Source: Ministeria vibrans ATCC 50519 | Taxonomy: Eukaryota; Protista; Filasterea | Length of the DNA: 41,447 nucleotides | Direction: 5' to 3' | Assembly (NCBI GenBank): GCA_943704425.1 | Contig: CALSCP010001997.1 | Coordinates: forward strand, 1-41,447 | Shown: positions 1 through 13,219 of the stretch, piece after piece | Layout: each line of letters begins with the position of its first letter | Position numbering within the stretch: position 1 is the stretch's first letter | Made by a program: the position numbers and the translations under genes | Notes under the pieces: model-generated | The model's database searches: none | What the model saw: only the letters and a program-made list of their open reading frames with translations | What the model was told of the DNA's origin: nothing

Positions 1-87
<87 letters not shown>

Positions 88-99
88 TCACTCACACAC
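1..99. repeat. (CA)n microsatellite, intronic (precedes last UGP exon)
   Basis: Pure CA run from 1 to ~82 decaying into CTCA units, followed by an acceptor TAG at 111-113. Confidence 0.95.
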
Positions 100-113
100 T
101 TAATTCTACTTAG

Positions 114-221
114 GGCACGGTGATCATTGTGGCCAACCATGGCCAGCGTATCGACATCCCTCAAGGTGCTGTTCTTGAAAACAAGGTTGTCTCTGGCAAC
201 CTTCGCATTCTCGATCATTAA
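114..221 (+). CDS. UGP2: UTP--glucose-1-phosphate uridylyltransferase (UDP-glucose pyrophosphorylase), final exon only
   Basis: After the AG at 112-113 the frame reads [38 protein letters not shown], the characteristic opisthokont UGPase C-terminus. Too short for the ORF track. Confidence 0.93.
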   Translation, partial: GTVIIVANHGQRIDIPQGAVLENKVVSGNLRILDH

Positions 222-304
222 AGGAAAATAATGAATAATAAAAATAATAATAATATGAATTTATTATTATCAAAATGCTTGCGTATGTGTATTATTATTT
301 CATT

Positions 305-2000
305 TTAGCTCTGTTGCGAGAGAGACGAGTAGGAGAAGTCGCGGTTGGGGAACAGAAGAGGTGCAATGAGGGACCAGGTGTATAGGGTCATGACAATCCA
401 GCTGGAGACGATCTTGACCCAGACGGAGGCCCAACCGCGCCCGACGTTGATAGTGGCGTCGTCGGAGCCCGACAGGGACGCCCAGTCGGTGAGCAGCATG
501 GCTATGTAGAGGGTCGCCAGAACGAAGATGCCGTGGAAGAACGAGTAGGAGTACGTGACGGCGGTGGTGTCGTCGTCACTGCTGTTGTGGTTGGTGTCGT
601 CGTCTAGCGTTCGTGGATCGACACTCACGGCCGTCTCGTCGTTCTTGAGCTCGGCCAGGCGGTCGGCATCCAGCAGGGCGACTTCGTTGTTGCGCGCCAG
701 CGGCACGTCGTCGTCGACACCTCCCGCGCTGAGAGAGTCGGTGAGTTGCACGCGTGAGCCAGTGCGAATGCTCGAGTAGGCGACGGCAATAAAGGTAAAC
801 AGAGCGCCAATGATGGTTGCTGTTGTCTCGGCGGGTCCGTCTTGGTGAGGCCCGCAAGTCTCGTCGGGTGAGTTTGAAATGGCTGACCAGACCAAGTAGG
901 TGCCGTAAAGAGACACGACGGACGCTTGCAACAAACCCGAGCGTGGGTTGACCTCTTGGACTCGCGGCGAGATGGCCAGAGTGGACACGACAAGCGAGAG
1001 GACCAGATTGAAACCAATGAAAAACTTGTTCAGGCCACAGCCGTGGGTGGTGGTGTAGAAGACGAAGAGAAGGACGGTGAGCACAAAGGCAAAAAGATAC
1101 AGGACAATGGTTGAGGCAAGGAGACCAACAAACCAGCGACGCTGTTCCGTCTCCTCATACCGTCCCACCCAGTTTTCGCTCCAAGAGTGAGCAAACTCAA
1201 CGAGCAACGCCAGCTGAATGAGCACAAAGAGGAATGCGCCAATGAGCGCAACGTGACTCCAGCCCAGGAAGAAGGCGTTGGGCATGAAGAAGGCGGCGAC
1301 AATGAGGCCAATAAAGGCAATAAACTTGACACCCCAGTAGCCGTTGTGCAGGGTGGCGCGACAGTCGCGTCCGTCGCGCACCCGAATGGTCAGCAGCGCA
1401 AACACCGCATAAAACATCGTCATGCCAAAACAGATGCGGTACACTCCCACCGTGCCCACCATTGTGTCGTCAATCGTTTTGAGTCCGTGCGTGTACCGTG
1501 GGATCTGCAGAGAAGACAGAGAAAGAAAACAAAAAAAAAGGTTTGTCTTCGTTTTGTGTTCCCTCTTTTGAACTTACCTTCAGTAACTGTTCACTGGCCC
1601 ACGGCGAGAGCATGACCCACGCGGCAATGGAGCCCAGCAGCAAGAGGATGGCATAGACAATGCGGGTGAAGGTGGAAGTCTGTGAAATCGAAGGCAGAGA
1701 AGGAAAAGGAAAAGTCAACGACGAAATCGAAAGAAAAAGAAAAAAAAAGAAAAGGAAAAATAGAAAGAGAGATAATGCAGTCTAAGGAATGGGTGCACTA
1801 CCGTGTGCACCAAAGCGGGGGGTATATGTGAGGGGAAATAAGCACTGGACGTCGGCGTAGGACGTGGGAAGTGGAACAGAACAGAAAGCGGTCGAGCGAC
1901 GCACCTTGCAGGCATTACAGCCGCGCACACACATGCTGCATGACATGGTTGTGGCACAGCATGCCAGCGAAGTGGCCGTGCTTGATATGATGCCTCCCAT
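305..2000 (-). CDS. SERINC: Serine incorporator (SERINC/TDE/TMS1) family membrane protein; exons 1905-2000, 1578-1679, 305-1504
   Basis: Cys-rich MGG N-terminus; motifs GYWGVKF, PRSGLLQAS, YSYSFFH, WVKIVSSW and LIAPLLFPNRDF; GT-AG introns give a continuous frame. Confidence 0.95.
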
Positions 2001-2336
2001 AGAATTTTCGGAAACGATTAAAAAAATGATAAGAAGTTTAAAGTCGATCTGCGATCACAACTCAAATATGAAAGAAATTGCGCACTGACGAGTGGCCACT
2101 GATGAGTGACGACTCACACGACGGCGTGAGACTGCGAGTGAATAAGATTTAAGAGTGATTGAATGAGTGAGTGACGACGCGGCGAGTGAGTGCCAGCGAA
2201 GCAGCCACAGAAATCAGATTTATTTATCAGAATTTCAAAAATAATTATTATTATTATTTATTTTAATTTTTAGTGCAAGTGACTGCAACCAAGTTTCAGG
2301 TGCAGTAGCCAGTAATAAGTAATAACTAATAACAGT
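2001..2336. promoter_or_regulatory. Putative bidirectional promoter between SERINC and kinesin-13, with clustered GAGTG(A) motifs
   Basis: Head-to-head ATGs at 2000 (-) and 2337 (+); eight GAGTG copies between 2090 and 2192. Confidence 0.55.
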
Positions 2337-5497
<3,161 letters not shown>

Positions 5498-5593
5498 GAT
5501 TGAACCGTAAAAATAAATGATAAAAAATCTTCCTATTCATAATAATTATTCGCCATTAAGCAATAAAAATATTATTAATAATATTATACATAA

Positions 5594-8216
5594 ATGGGAA
5601 AGTCTGGCGGCTTTGAACCGCCAGGCTTGCACCATGCGTCGCAGCCCTCGCATGGCGCTGGAGGCAGAGCCCGGCGGTTTGGGCGTCGTCTGTCGCTGAC
5701 GCTCTCCAACACGTTTGGGAGCGGCCTTGGTCTGGGTCTAGGCGGTCACCGGTCATCACACCAACCAATCTTTGGCGTCTCTCTCGTTGAGGTTCGATCC
5801 AAAAATCGGTTTTGAGTTTTTTCAAAAAACGACAAAAAAGAAAAAAAAGTGACAGCTCTCTTTCACACTATTCGTTCTTCCGCACGAGCGCGAATATTGC
5901 CCTTCCACGCACACCACAGACTTTGCATGGGCTGTCATACAATGTTCCACGCCAATGCAGCTGCGAAAACTCTCCCAATCGTTCTCTGAACGACATTTTT
6001 GTTTTTTTTTTCCTTTGTTTCTTTGTGTGTGTTGTTTCAAACTCAGTGCGCTCCATTCGCTTGTCGTGACGGCTCGACGGTGCCGTACATCGTTGAGAAG
6101 TGTGCGTACTACATTGAGGAGCATCTGTCGTACGAGGGCATGTACCGCAAGTCGGGCGACATGCGCTCCGTTCGAGAGGCAAAGCAGTCGTTTGACAGGA
6201 CGGGCGACGCGACCTTTGGCGTACGAAGCGACTTGACAAGAAGGGAAGAAGACGCGTTTGACGGCTGATTCTTTTTGTCACTTTAGGGTCCTGGCGACTG
6301 GGTTGCAGTCGTATCGAGTGTGCTCAAGATGTACCTTCGCGAGCTCCCCGAGCCACTGGTCCCTCTCCGCTTGCACGAGCCTTTTTTTGAGCTGTTGAAC
6401 ATGCGCGCTCAAGTCGACAACCCAACGGTGCGAGCCAAGCTAGCCGGTCAATTTCGCGACATTATGAGTCGTCTACCTGTGGTACACCACGACGTTGTGG
6501 AGTTTCTCTTGGGCCATCTGTATCGTGTGTCGCAACACGAGAGCGAGAACAAAATGGGTCCGGGACAGCTGGGCACGGTCTTTTCTCCGTCGTTTTTCGG
6601 CAGTGGCCCTGCCGCTGGGTCGGGCACCGACGCTACCAAGGGTCACATGCAAAACCTGCATTTAGGGCTGCGCGGTGCGCAAGTCATCGAAATGCTCCTC
6701 CTGATATATGACGAGCTCTTTGTCGACGACACCGAATTGCCAGCGCCCACGGTCGCCCCATCCACCCCCATCCCCTACGAAGAATACGCGCGCACCATTG
6801 CTTTACCCGAACCACCACCATCTCAACAACAACAAAAGCAGCAACAGCAAGAAGGAGAAGGGCCACAATCATACAGCAAGACGGCCCAGCATGATCTCGC
6901 CATGGCTGCCGCGCGAATTGCCAATGCCCGGCGCTCTAACGCGTCAGAGCCATTGTTGGCAGTAGATGTGATTGGAAATGACGACAGTGACGAAGAAGAG
7001 GCGGGTGCCAAGGAGCAACAGGACCACAACGAAATGCCCTCCGCGCCACACACGCCCGGAGGAGAGCTCTCGCGCACCCTCTCCAAACAGAGCAGCAGCG
7101 ACTTTGTCACACCCGTCAAGCGTGTTTTGTCCACATCGTCTACTGGCTCGCCCGTGGGATCCCCCGCCGCCGCTCCTCAGCAGGCGCTTAGTCCCCTCTC
7201 TATGGTCAGTCCCGTCGGTGGCTCAGCCCCCGCCCGCCAACTGCACCTGGTCCACGCCCTTGTTCAACAAGGCGTTGCCGACTTCCTTACACCCTCAACG
7301 ACATCACGCACAGCAACTGTTCCAATAGCAACGGCCGTGTTGCATCTTGAAGCCGCTGCCGCCGCGTCAGCCGCTGCAGAAGAGACACAAAAGCAACAGA
7401 ACGCTGTCAACTGGGACTCCGTGTCGCCGTCGCACGAGGTGCTTTACCATGTACACAAACCTAAGGCAGCAACGGGTCGCCGCAAGCCGTCTCGTGTCTC
7501 GCTGGTGCGCTCTCCCGATCACCAGCATTTGCACCAAGACGAGCATGGGGCGGCGCTTGACACGTCACATACCGACACATCTAGAGGAGTAGCGCCTGCC
7601 CGCGAGCGCCGTCGTGTCACACGCATCACCACACCGCCCAACGCAACAGCCGAAGCTGCGGCAATACCAATCACCACCACAGCCACAACCACGACAGTGT
7701 CCCATTCCCATCAACCCACTGCACCCGATCTGCCCGCCACTGCCGATGACGCCTCTCTTGTGCTTGAGTACCGTGCCCTCGTGAAGCGTCTCAAGGCATT
7801 TGAACACGCTTTTTCACTTGAACATGGACACACTCCACGCGGTCCCGAGCGCGAACAGCACCGCGCCGACTACAACCGAGTCAAAGAGCTTCGTCGCCTT
7901 GTTCCCACTATGTCCACCACCAACACCACAACGAGCAACAACAACAGTGTCATCACACCCACCACCACAGAACACGACGCATCGCGCACTACCACTCCCC
8001 ACAACATGAGCACAGGCGCACTCGACATCACCGCTCTTCCTGCATCCGCATCCGCCTCTCCCGTTGCCCCGTCTCTCTTCGATATTGCTTCCATGGACGC
8101 CAATGAGCTCTTCCAGTGCGCTCAGTCTCGCCTCGAGCATCTCCGTCGCTCACAGTCGAGACCAGACGATCTCGCAGTAAGACTACCCCTCTCGATTGTT
8201 TTTATTAATAATAATA

Positions 8217-8252
<36 letters not shown>

Positions 8253-9086
8253 TATTTCGCACTTTCTCTTCTCTCTTTATGTATGCGTCTCATCCGCCTC
8301 TTCTCTTTTTTTGTTTCTTCTTTCTATCACTTTGTCTCTCTGTTACTTTGTTTCTCTCTCACCTTTTCTCTCTCATCTCTCTCTCTCCATCTCTTTGCAG
8401 TCTATGAACCATGCTCAACTTGGAGCAGAGAAATTGTCTATCAAGAATATTCTGCGTGAGTACGATGTGGAATTTGAACGACAGTCGGGACGAGCGGTAT
8501 AATTATTGATGCACGGTCATATAAACAATCCCGTCACTCATCGTACAATTTGTAGCCCAATAAGAACGAGAAGGAAGCACTGCGGCCACTGTACCAGCGA
8601 TACAAACGCGTCAAGACACTGAGCGAGCAGCTAGAACAACCGCAACAGCAAGAGCAAGAGGGGAATAGTGAGGCACAGCAGGCGACACGCACTGGCGACA
8701 CACTCAACTACAGCCAGGCCGGGACCCTCTTGGCCACCACCACTCTCGCACGCACTTCCACACACACGCTTGTACTCGACGATGTCGCCTCGATGGGCTC
8801 CGATGAAGTCGTTCAGAGGCACGCTCAAGTCAAAGCTAAAAAGCGCGAGTTGCAGGTGAGTCTCTCAAAGGTAGTATGTGTGGCGTCTTCAATTGACTTG
8901 ACTCTTTTTTTGTAGTCGAAGCTTCATCGATATGAGTGTGAGTTTGAGGAGCGAGAGGGTCGCAAGGTGAGCACGGCGGGCGACCGTGCGCCTGTGCTCG
9001 CTGAGTATGCGCAGTACGCAGAGCTCAAGGCCCAGTTGGCCGCGCTGACGAGCCGCTTATCCGCAAGCAACGCATCGAATGTATGA
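5594..9086 (+). CDS. FAM13: FAM13-like RhoGAP protein, multi-exon
   Basis: IFGVSL...VPYIVEKC...EGMYRKSG (arginine finger), SVLKMYLRELPEPL, ENKM; three FAM13-type helical repeats (LKAFEHAFSLEHGHTP; ILREYDVEFERQSGRA|PNKNEKEALRPLYQRYK; LHRYECEFEEREGRKV...EYAQYAELKAQL); stop TGA 9084-9086. Confidence 0.85.
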
Positions 9087-9171
9087 TATGGAACCGTAAC
9101 TTAGTGCTGCATGTATCAGGTTTGAAGGGAAAGAAATGTATAGTACAAGGGGAAAAGAACAATAAGAAGGA

Positions 9172-9949
9172 TTACTGCGCAAACGGATTCGGAGGTGGTC
9201 CACCACCACCCGGTCGAGGACCCCAGCCCATGGGGGGAGGACCAGGCGGCGCCATGCCTGGGGGACCGCCACCACCATCGCCCATAGGTGGCCTGAAACC
9301 CATTGGCGGCTGCATTGGAGGTCGTTGAGGTGGAGGCCCTCCGCCACCGCCGCCGGGTCCTGTTTGCCACGGTGGCGGTGCACCGCCGCCACCACCACCA
9401 CCCTGTGGCGGAGGGCGCCATCCGCCGCCGCCTCCTTGATGAGGCGGGGGCATAAACCCGCCGCCGCCGCCGCCACCACCACCGCCGCCGCCACCGCCAT
9501 ACGGTGGACGCTACGACGTCGAGAGAGAGAGAGAAAAAGAGAGAGAGAGAGAAAGTGATAGAGAAAGGAGGGAGAAAGAAACAAAGTGATGGAGAGAGAG
9601 AGAAACAAGTGATGGAGAGAAAGAAACAAAGTGATAGAGAGAGAAACAAAGTGATAGAGAGAGAGAAACAAAGTAATAGAGAGAAAGAACCAAGTGATAG
9701 AGAGAGAGAAACAAAGTGATAGAGAGAGAGAGTGACAAAAGTGATAGAGAGAGACAAGAGGATAGAGAGAGACAGAAAGAGAGAGAACAAGGTCAGTTGA
9801 CTATCAAAGTCTGCAAATGGGTTCTATCTACCATCATAGGCATTCCACTCCCTGGCGGCATGGGCGGAGGCACGAGGCCACCATGAATGGTAAGCACCAT
9901 GTTGTCAAGCTCGGCGCGATTGTCCAGGTAGTACTGTTCGTAGTAGACT
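9172..9949 (-). CDS. Pro/Gly/Met-rich C-terminal gene half resembling U1 snRNP protein C; exons 9832-9949 and 9172-9510; no zinc-finger exon found
   Basis: Reads (x)VYYEQYYLDNRAELDNMVLTIHGGLVPPPMPPGSGMPMM|RPPYGGG...PPPNPFAQ-TAA across a phase-0 GT-AG intron. YYEQ helix plus Pro/Met/Gly tail is U1-C-like, but similarity is judged by eye. Confidence 0.55.
9520..9786. repeat. Intronic composite minisatellite, (GA)n with AAACAAAGTGAT units
   Basis: About ten imperfect (GA)n-AAACAAAGTGAT units inside intron 9511-9831. Confidence 0.9.
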
Positions 9950-9992
9950 CTGCGAAGGAACGGAAAAGAATGGAAAGAGAAAAAAAAAAAGA

Positions 9993-10028
<36 letters not shown>

Positions 10029-12695
10029 AAAACGTCTGATACTTCTAGTGGTACCTTGACGGCTGCCTTGAGTTGGTCGATTTCATGTCGAAGTTTAGCC
10101 TGTTCGGACGACTCGAGCGAGGAGAAGAGGTCCTCGACTTGACGAGGTGCTTCATCGGCACCCATGTGCCCGGCAAAGTCATCAATGGTGGGCTCCCAAT
10201 CGGGGTGGTTGCTACCGGCAAAGTGAGGGTTGGACACGAGCTGACGGTACATGCGAAACTGAGCCTCGTCCTCAAGGGGATCCTGCGTGCCCATGGTATC
10301 CCATTCACTGCGAGGCTCCATGGTCCCACCAAACGCATCAAACGCAGACGCACGACGCAACGCAGTCGCTGCATCCCCGAGAGTCCACGGATCCTCATAG
10401 CCCACGCCAAACTGCATCATTTCAATGTCATCCTCGAGCTGCGCAAGGCGCGGCAGCGACGCCTGCTGCTGGTGGTCTGTCACGGAAGGTGTCCACTGGG
10501 ACAAGCTCCCACGCTTCAACAACTCTTGTTTGTCCCACGATGGATCCGGTCCAATCGCGGGCAGTTCGTTCATCCACTGTCGCGGTCGAGCGCTATCAAA
10601 CAACAACAACAACAACAAAAAAAAAAAGTTAATAAAATAATAATAATTAAAAATAGGGCGAACGTACGTCTTATAGAGCCGTTGGCCACGGATGTTATCA
10701 ATGGTAACGTGCTGCTGCAACTCATTGTAATTGTAAGGCTAGATAGTATAGGGCAAATGTGAATCAGATACGATATTTTTTTGCAAATGTTTAGAGTCTG
10801 TGTGACATACGCGACCACCGGCAACACAAAGAAGCGCATAGATCAAGATCCAAATGCCAGCCATGCAGGCGCCAAACAGACCCACAATTTGAAACAGACT
10901 GTGTCCCCGTTTGCTTCTGAAAAAGGACGCACCAAGACGCACACGCACACAGTCAGGAAGCCAGAAACAAAGCTCATTATCACAATCTTACTCGTTCACT
11001 TGCAAATATCGATCCAATGTAAGAAAGTAACAAGCACCCGTGTTGATCGTCACACCAGCCGTGGCAAAGGTCTAAAGGAAGAATACACAGCAAATAGAAT
11101 AAGAGTGTCGTAGAAAAAAAGAAAGGAAGAAAAAAAAAACACTGACCGCATCCCAATAGCCACCACAGGTCTCGTGGCCATCAATAAGCGAGGCGGCAGT
11201 CCACTCGAGGGACTGGGACGTGCGCTGGTGGGCGAGGAAGGGAACGGTGGTGGTCGTGCGGGCGGCCTGCATGCGCACTGTCACCCGGTCAATGTTGGTG
11301 GGTGTGCCGTTCTCGAGGGTACGCACGGTGGGAAAAGGCACGTACTCGCCCCCCGACAAGAACTGAATCGGGTTGTCGATCTATCAGAGCGGTGTCAGTA
11401 AAAATAAATAAAACAAAATTGAGAGTAACAGGAAAAGAGGTACCGTTGTCGTGTCGTAACTGGCCGGGAACGTCGGTGGTCCGGGCGAGTCGGCCGCTAA
11501 AAAAAAAAAAAAAAAAATAATAATAATCGAAGATCGGTTATAGAAATAGTTCGTCTCTCAAGTTCAGTATGGGTACCGAACGGAACTGTGACACGCACCC
11601 CGTCGGTCCAACTTGCAGCTCCACACAGCTGCAATGTTGCACTTTGACCAGAGAGAAGTTCAACGACCGCTACAACAAGTCACATCGATTATTATCATAT
11701 TCCAGTGTCTTGGCGCCTTGTAGATTACATGATCCCACAAGGGTGTTGCACGTGGCACTGGAGGCATATGTTGGTTCAATGACACAGCGAAGCGCTTGAC
11801 ATCTCACAGTCATTTCATACACTACACACAAACAGTCAACATAAGTGACGAGAGGAGTGTTTCCATTTCTTACCAGTATCTGTGGTGTCGACAAGAGTCA
11901 TGTCGGTTGAAATGTCGGCAGTCGTCCACAGGTGCACAATGGCCGAGAAGTACACGACAGCGAGCGAGAGACCCACCAGCGTCAGGAAGGCGCCACTACG
12001 ACGAGGCTTGTACGGCACCTGCACGACAACGGGGCCGGGGGTGAGTGGCGCCGCGTGGACACGAGGCAACGCAGCAGCAGTAACAAGCAGTAGTGGGGGT
12101 GCCCGTGGTCGCACTGTGCGCCATTGGGTGTACGACAAATCGACAAAAGCAAAAGCAAGAACATCGTAAGTTCTCTCTTTGGCTCCTGTGCCCTGAGAAA
12201 CGCAGGCTATCGACTCAAAAGGGGTCCTTCACAAGGAACACATGCCGATGCACGACTCATACGAGTCCAAAAGCAGCTGCTTTCGAGCGCTGTGCGGTAA
12301 AGGTTAAAAAAAGATTCTATCTTTTTTTTTTTTCCTTTTTTTCTCTCAAAATGCATTGCCAGTCGACAAGAGGTGGTTCTTCGACGTCGTCAAAGAGCAA
12401 CAGAGCATGCAAGGCAGCAGGGCCAGCGAAGACGTACCCTCGCGAACGTATCGAGCGACTGGAGAGCAGTCCGTTCAAACACCACAGGATCGTCTGTGTG
12501 GTCCGGGCTGCGTCCGGCCGTGCCACCAACAAGGAGGCCGAACATGTGCTGGTCGACAGAGGAGAGGAGGGATTAAGAAAAATGATTAATGAATTTTAAC
12601 TTTTATCATATATTTTAATGCTAGACAAAAGTTTCAAATAAACGACAGCACAACAGGCAACAGCAGCCCAAAAGCACCTTCTTTCTCAGGCACAT
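9905..12695 (-). CDS. Uncharacterised two-transmembrane protein with Cys-containing luminal/extracellular loop and acidic cytoplasmic tail; many short exons, start uncertain (ATG 12695 or 12545)
   Basis: Phase-consistent GT-AG exon chain: ...LQSLDTFAR|RSKAAAFGL|GTGAKERTYD...|VPYKPRRSGAFLTLVGLSLAVVYFSAIVHLW (TM1)...VYEMTVRCQALRC...LQLCGAASW...GACYFLTLDRYLQVNE|SKRGHSLFQIVGLFGACMAGIWILIYALLCV (TM2)...EIDQLKAAVK|SLLRTVLPGQSRRA-TGA. Confidence 0.7.
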
Positions 12696-13219
12696 GACCG
12701 ACAAGAGGGAACGAAGACATATTAAATTACCACTTACCTGGGTCTTGGGCCTTGGCTGGTGGCCAGACAAGTGATCCGAATAGCACCCGAATAGGCAGCG
12801 GAGAATTAATAAAATACGAGGAGGAAAAGGAAGGGGGAGAGCGGGTTCCAGCGCTGACGGAGGGTGGCACGCGATGGCGCGCACTCTATTCTGCTTGTAT
12901 TATCCGAGGGTATTGATTTATTAGGTGATTGCCAGGCAGTGTTCTGCTACGTGCCTCGAGGCGCGACTGTGGGAGGGGCTGGCCATGAATGGGAATAATA
13001 ATGCTTAGTACCGGTCTGTCACTCTGTCGTGTCTTCGCGTGGTGACAGTACCATTCATTAATAGATTGATTGGGTTTCTTTCTCTTCCTTTTCTTCTCCT
13101 TACTAACTAATAATCATAGGAATGATAATAAAAATTCGTTACACATATTCGCAATTACACTCTCTGTCTCTCTGTCTTTGTCTCTGTCTCGACCCCCCCC
13201 CACCTTCTCCTCCTCTCTT

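Noticed and set aside
2085-2125. CTGACGA and CTGATGA followed by small hairpins, resembling a hammerhead ribozyme core
   Set aside because: No GAAA after the putative stem II and no stems I/III with a cleavage triplet.
10073-10762. Long antisense ORFs (also 14187-15119, 16634-17780, 24641-25249)
   Set aside because: They lie opposite GC-rich real exons and have no recognisable motifs; expected antisense shadows.
12732-12800. ACTTACCTGG on the + strand, like the U1 snRNA 5' end, with ATAGCAC downstream
   Set aside because: Spacing is too short, and there is no convincing stem-loop I or Sm site. It is better explained as a consensus donor (CAG|GTAAGT) on the - strand, as seen at other introns here.
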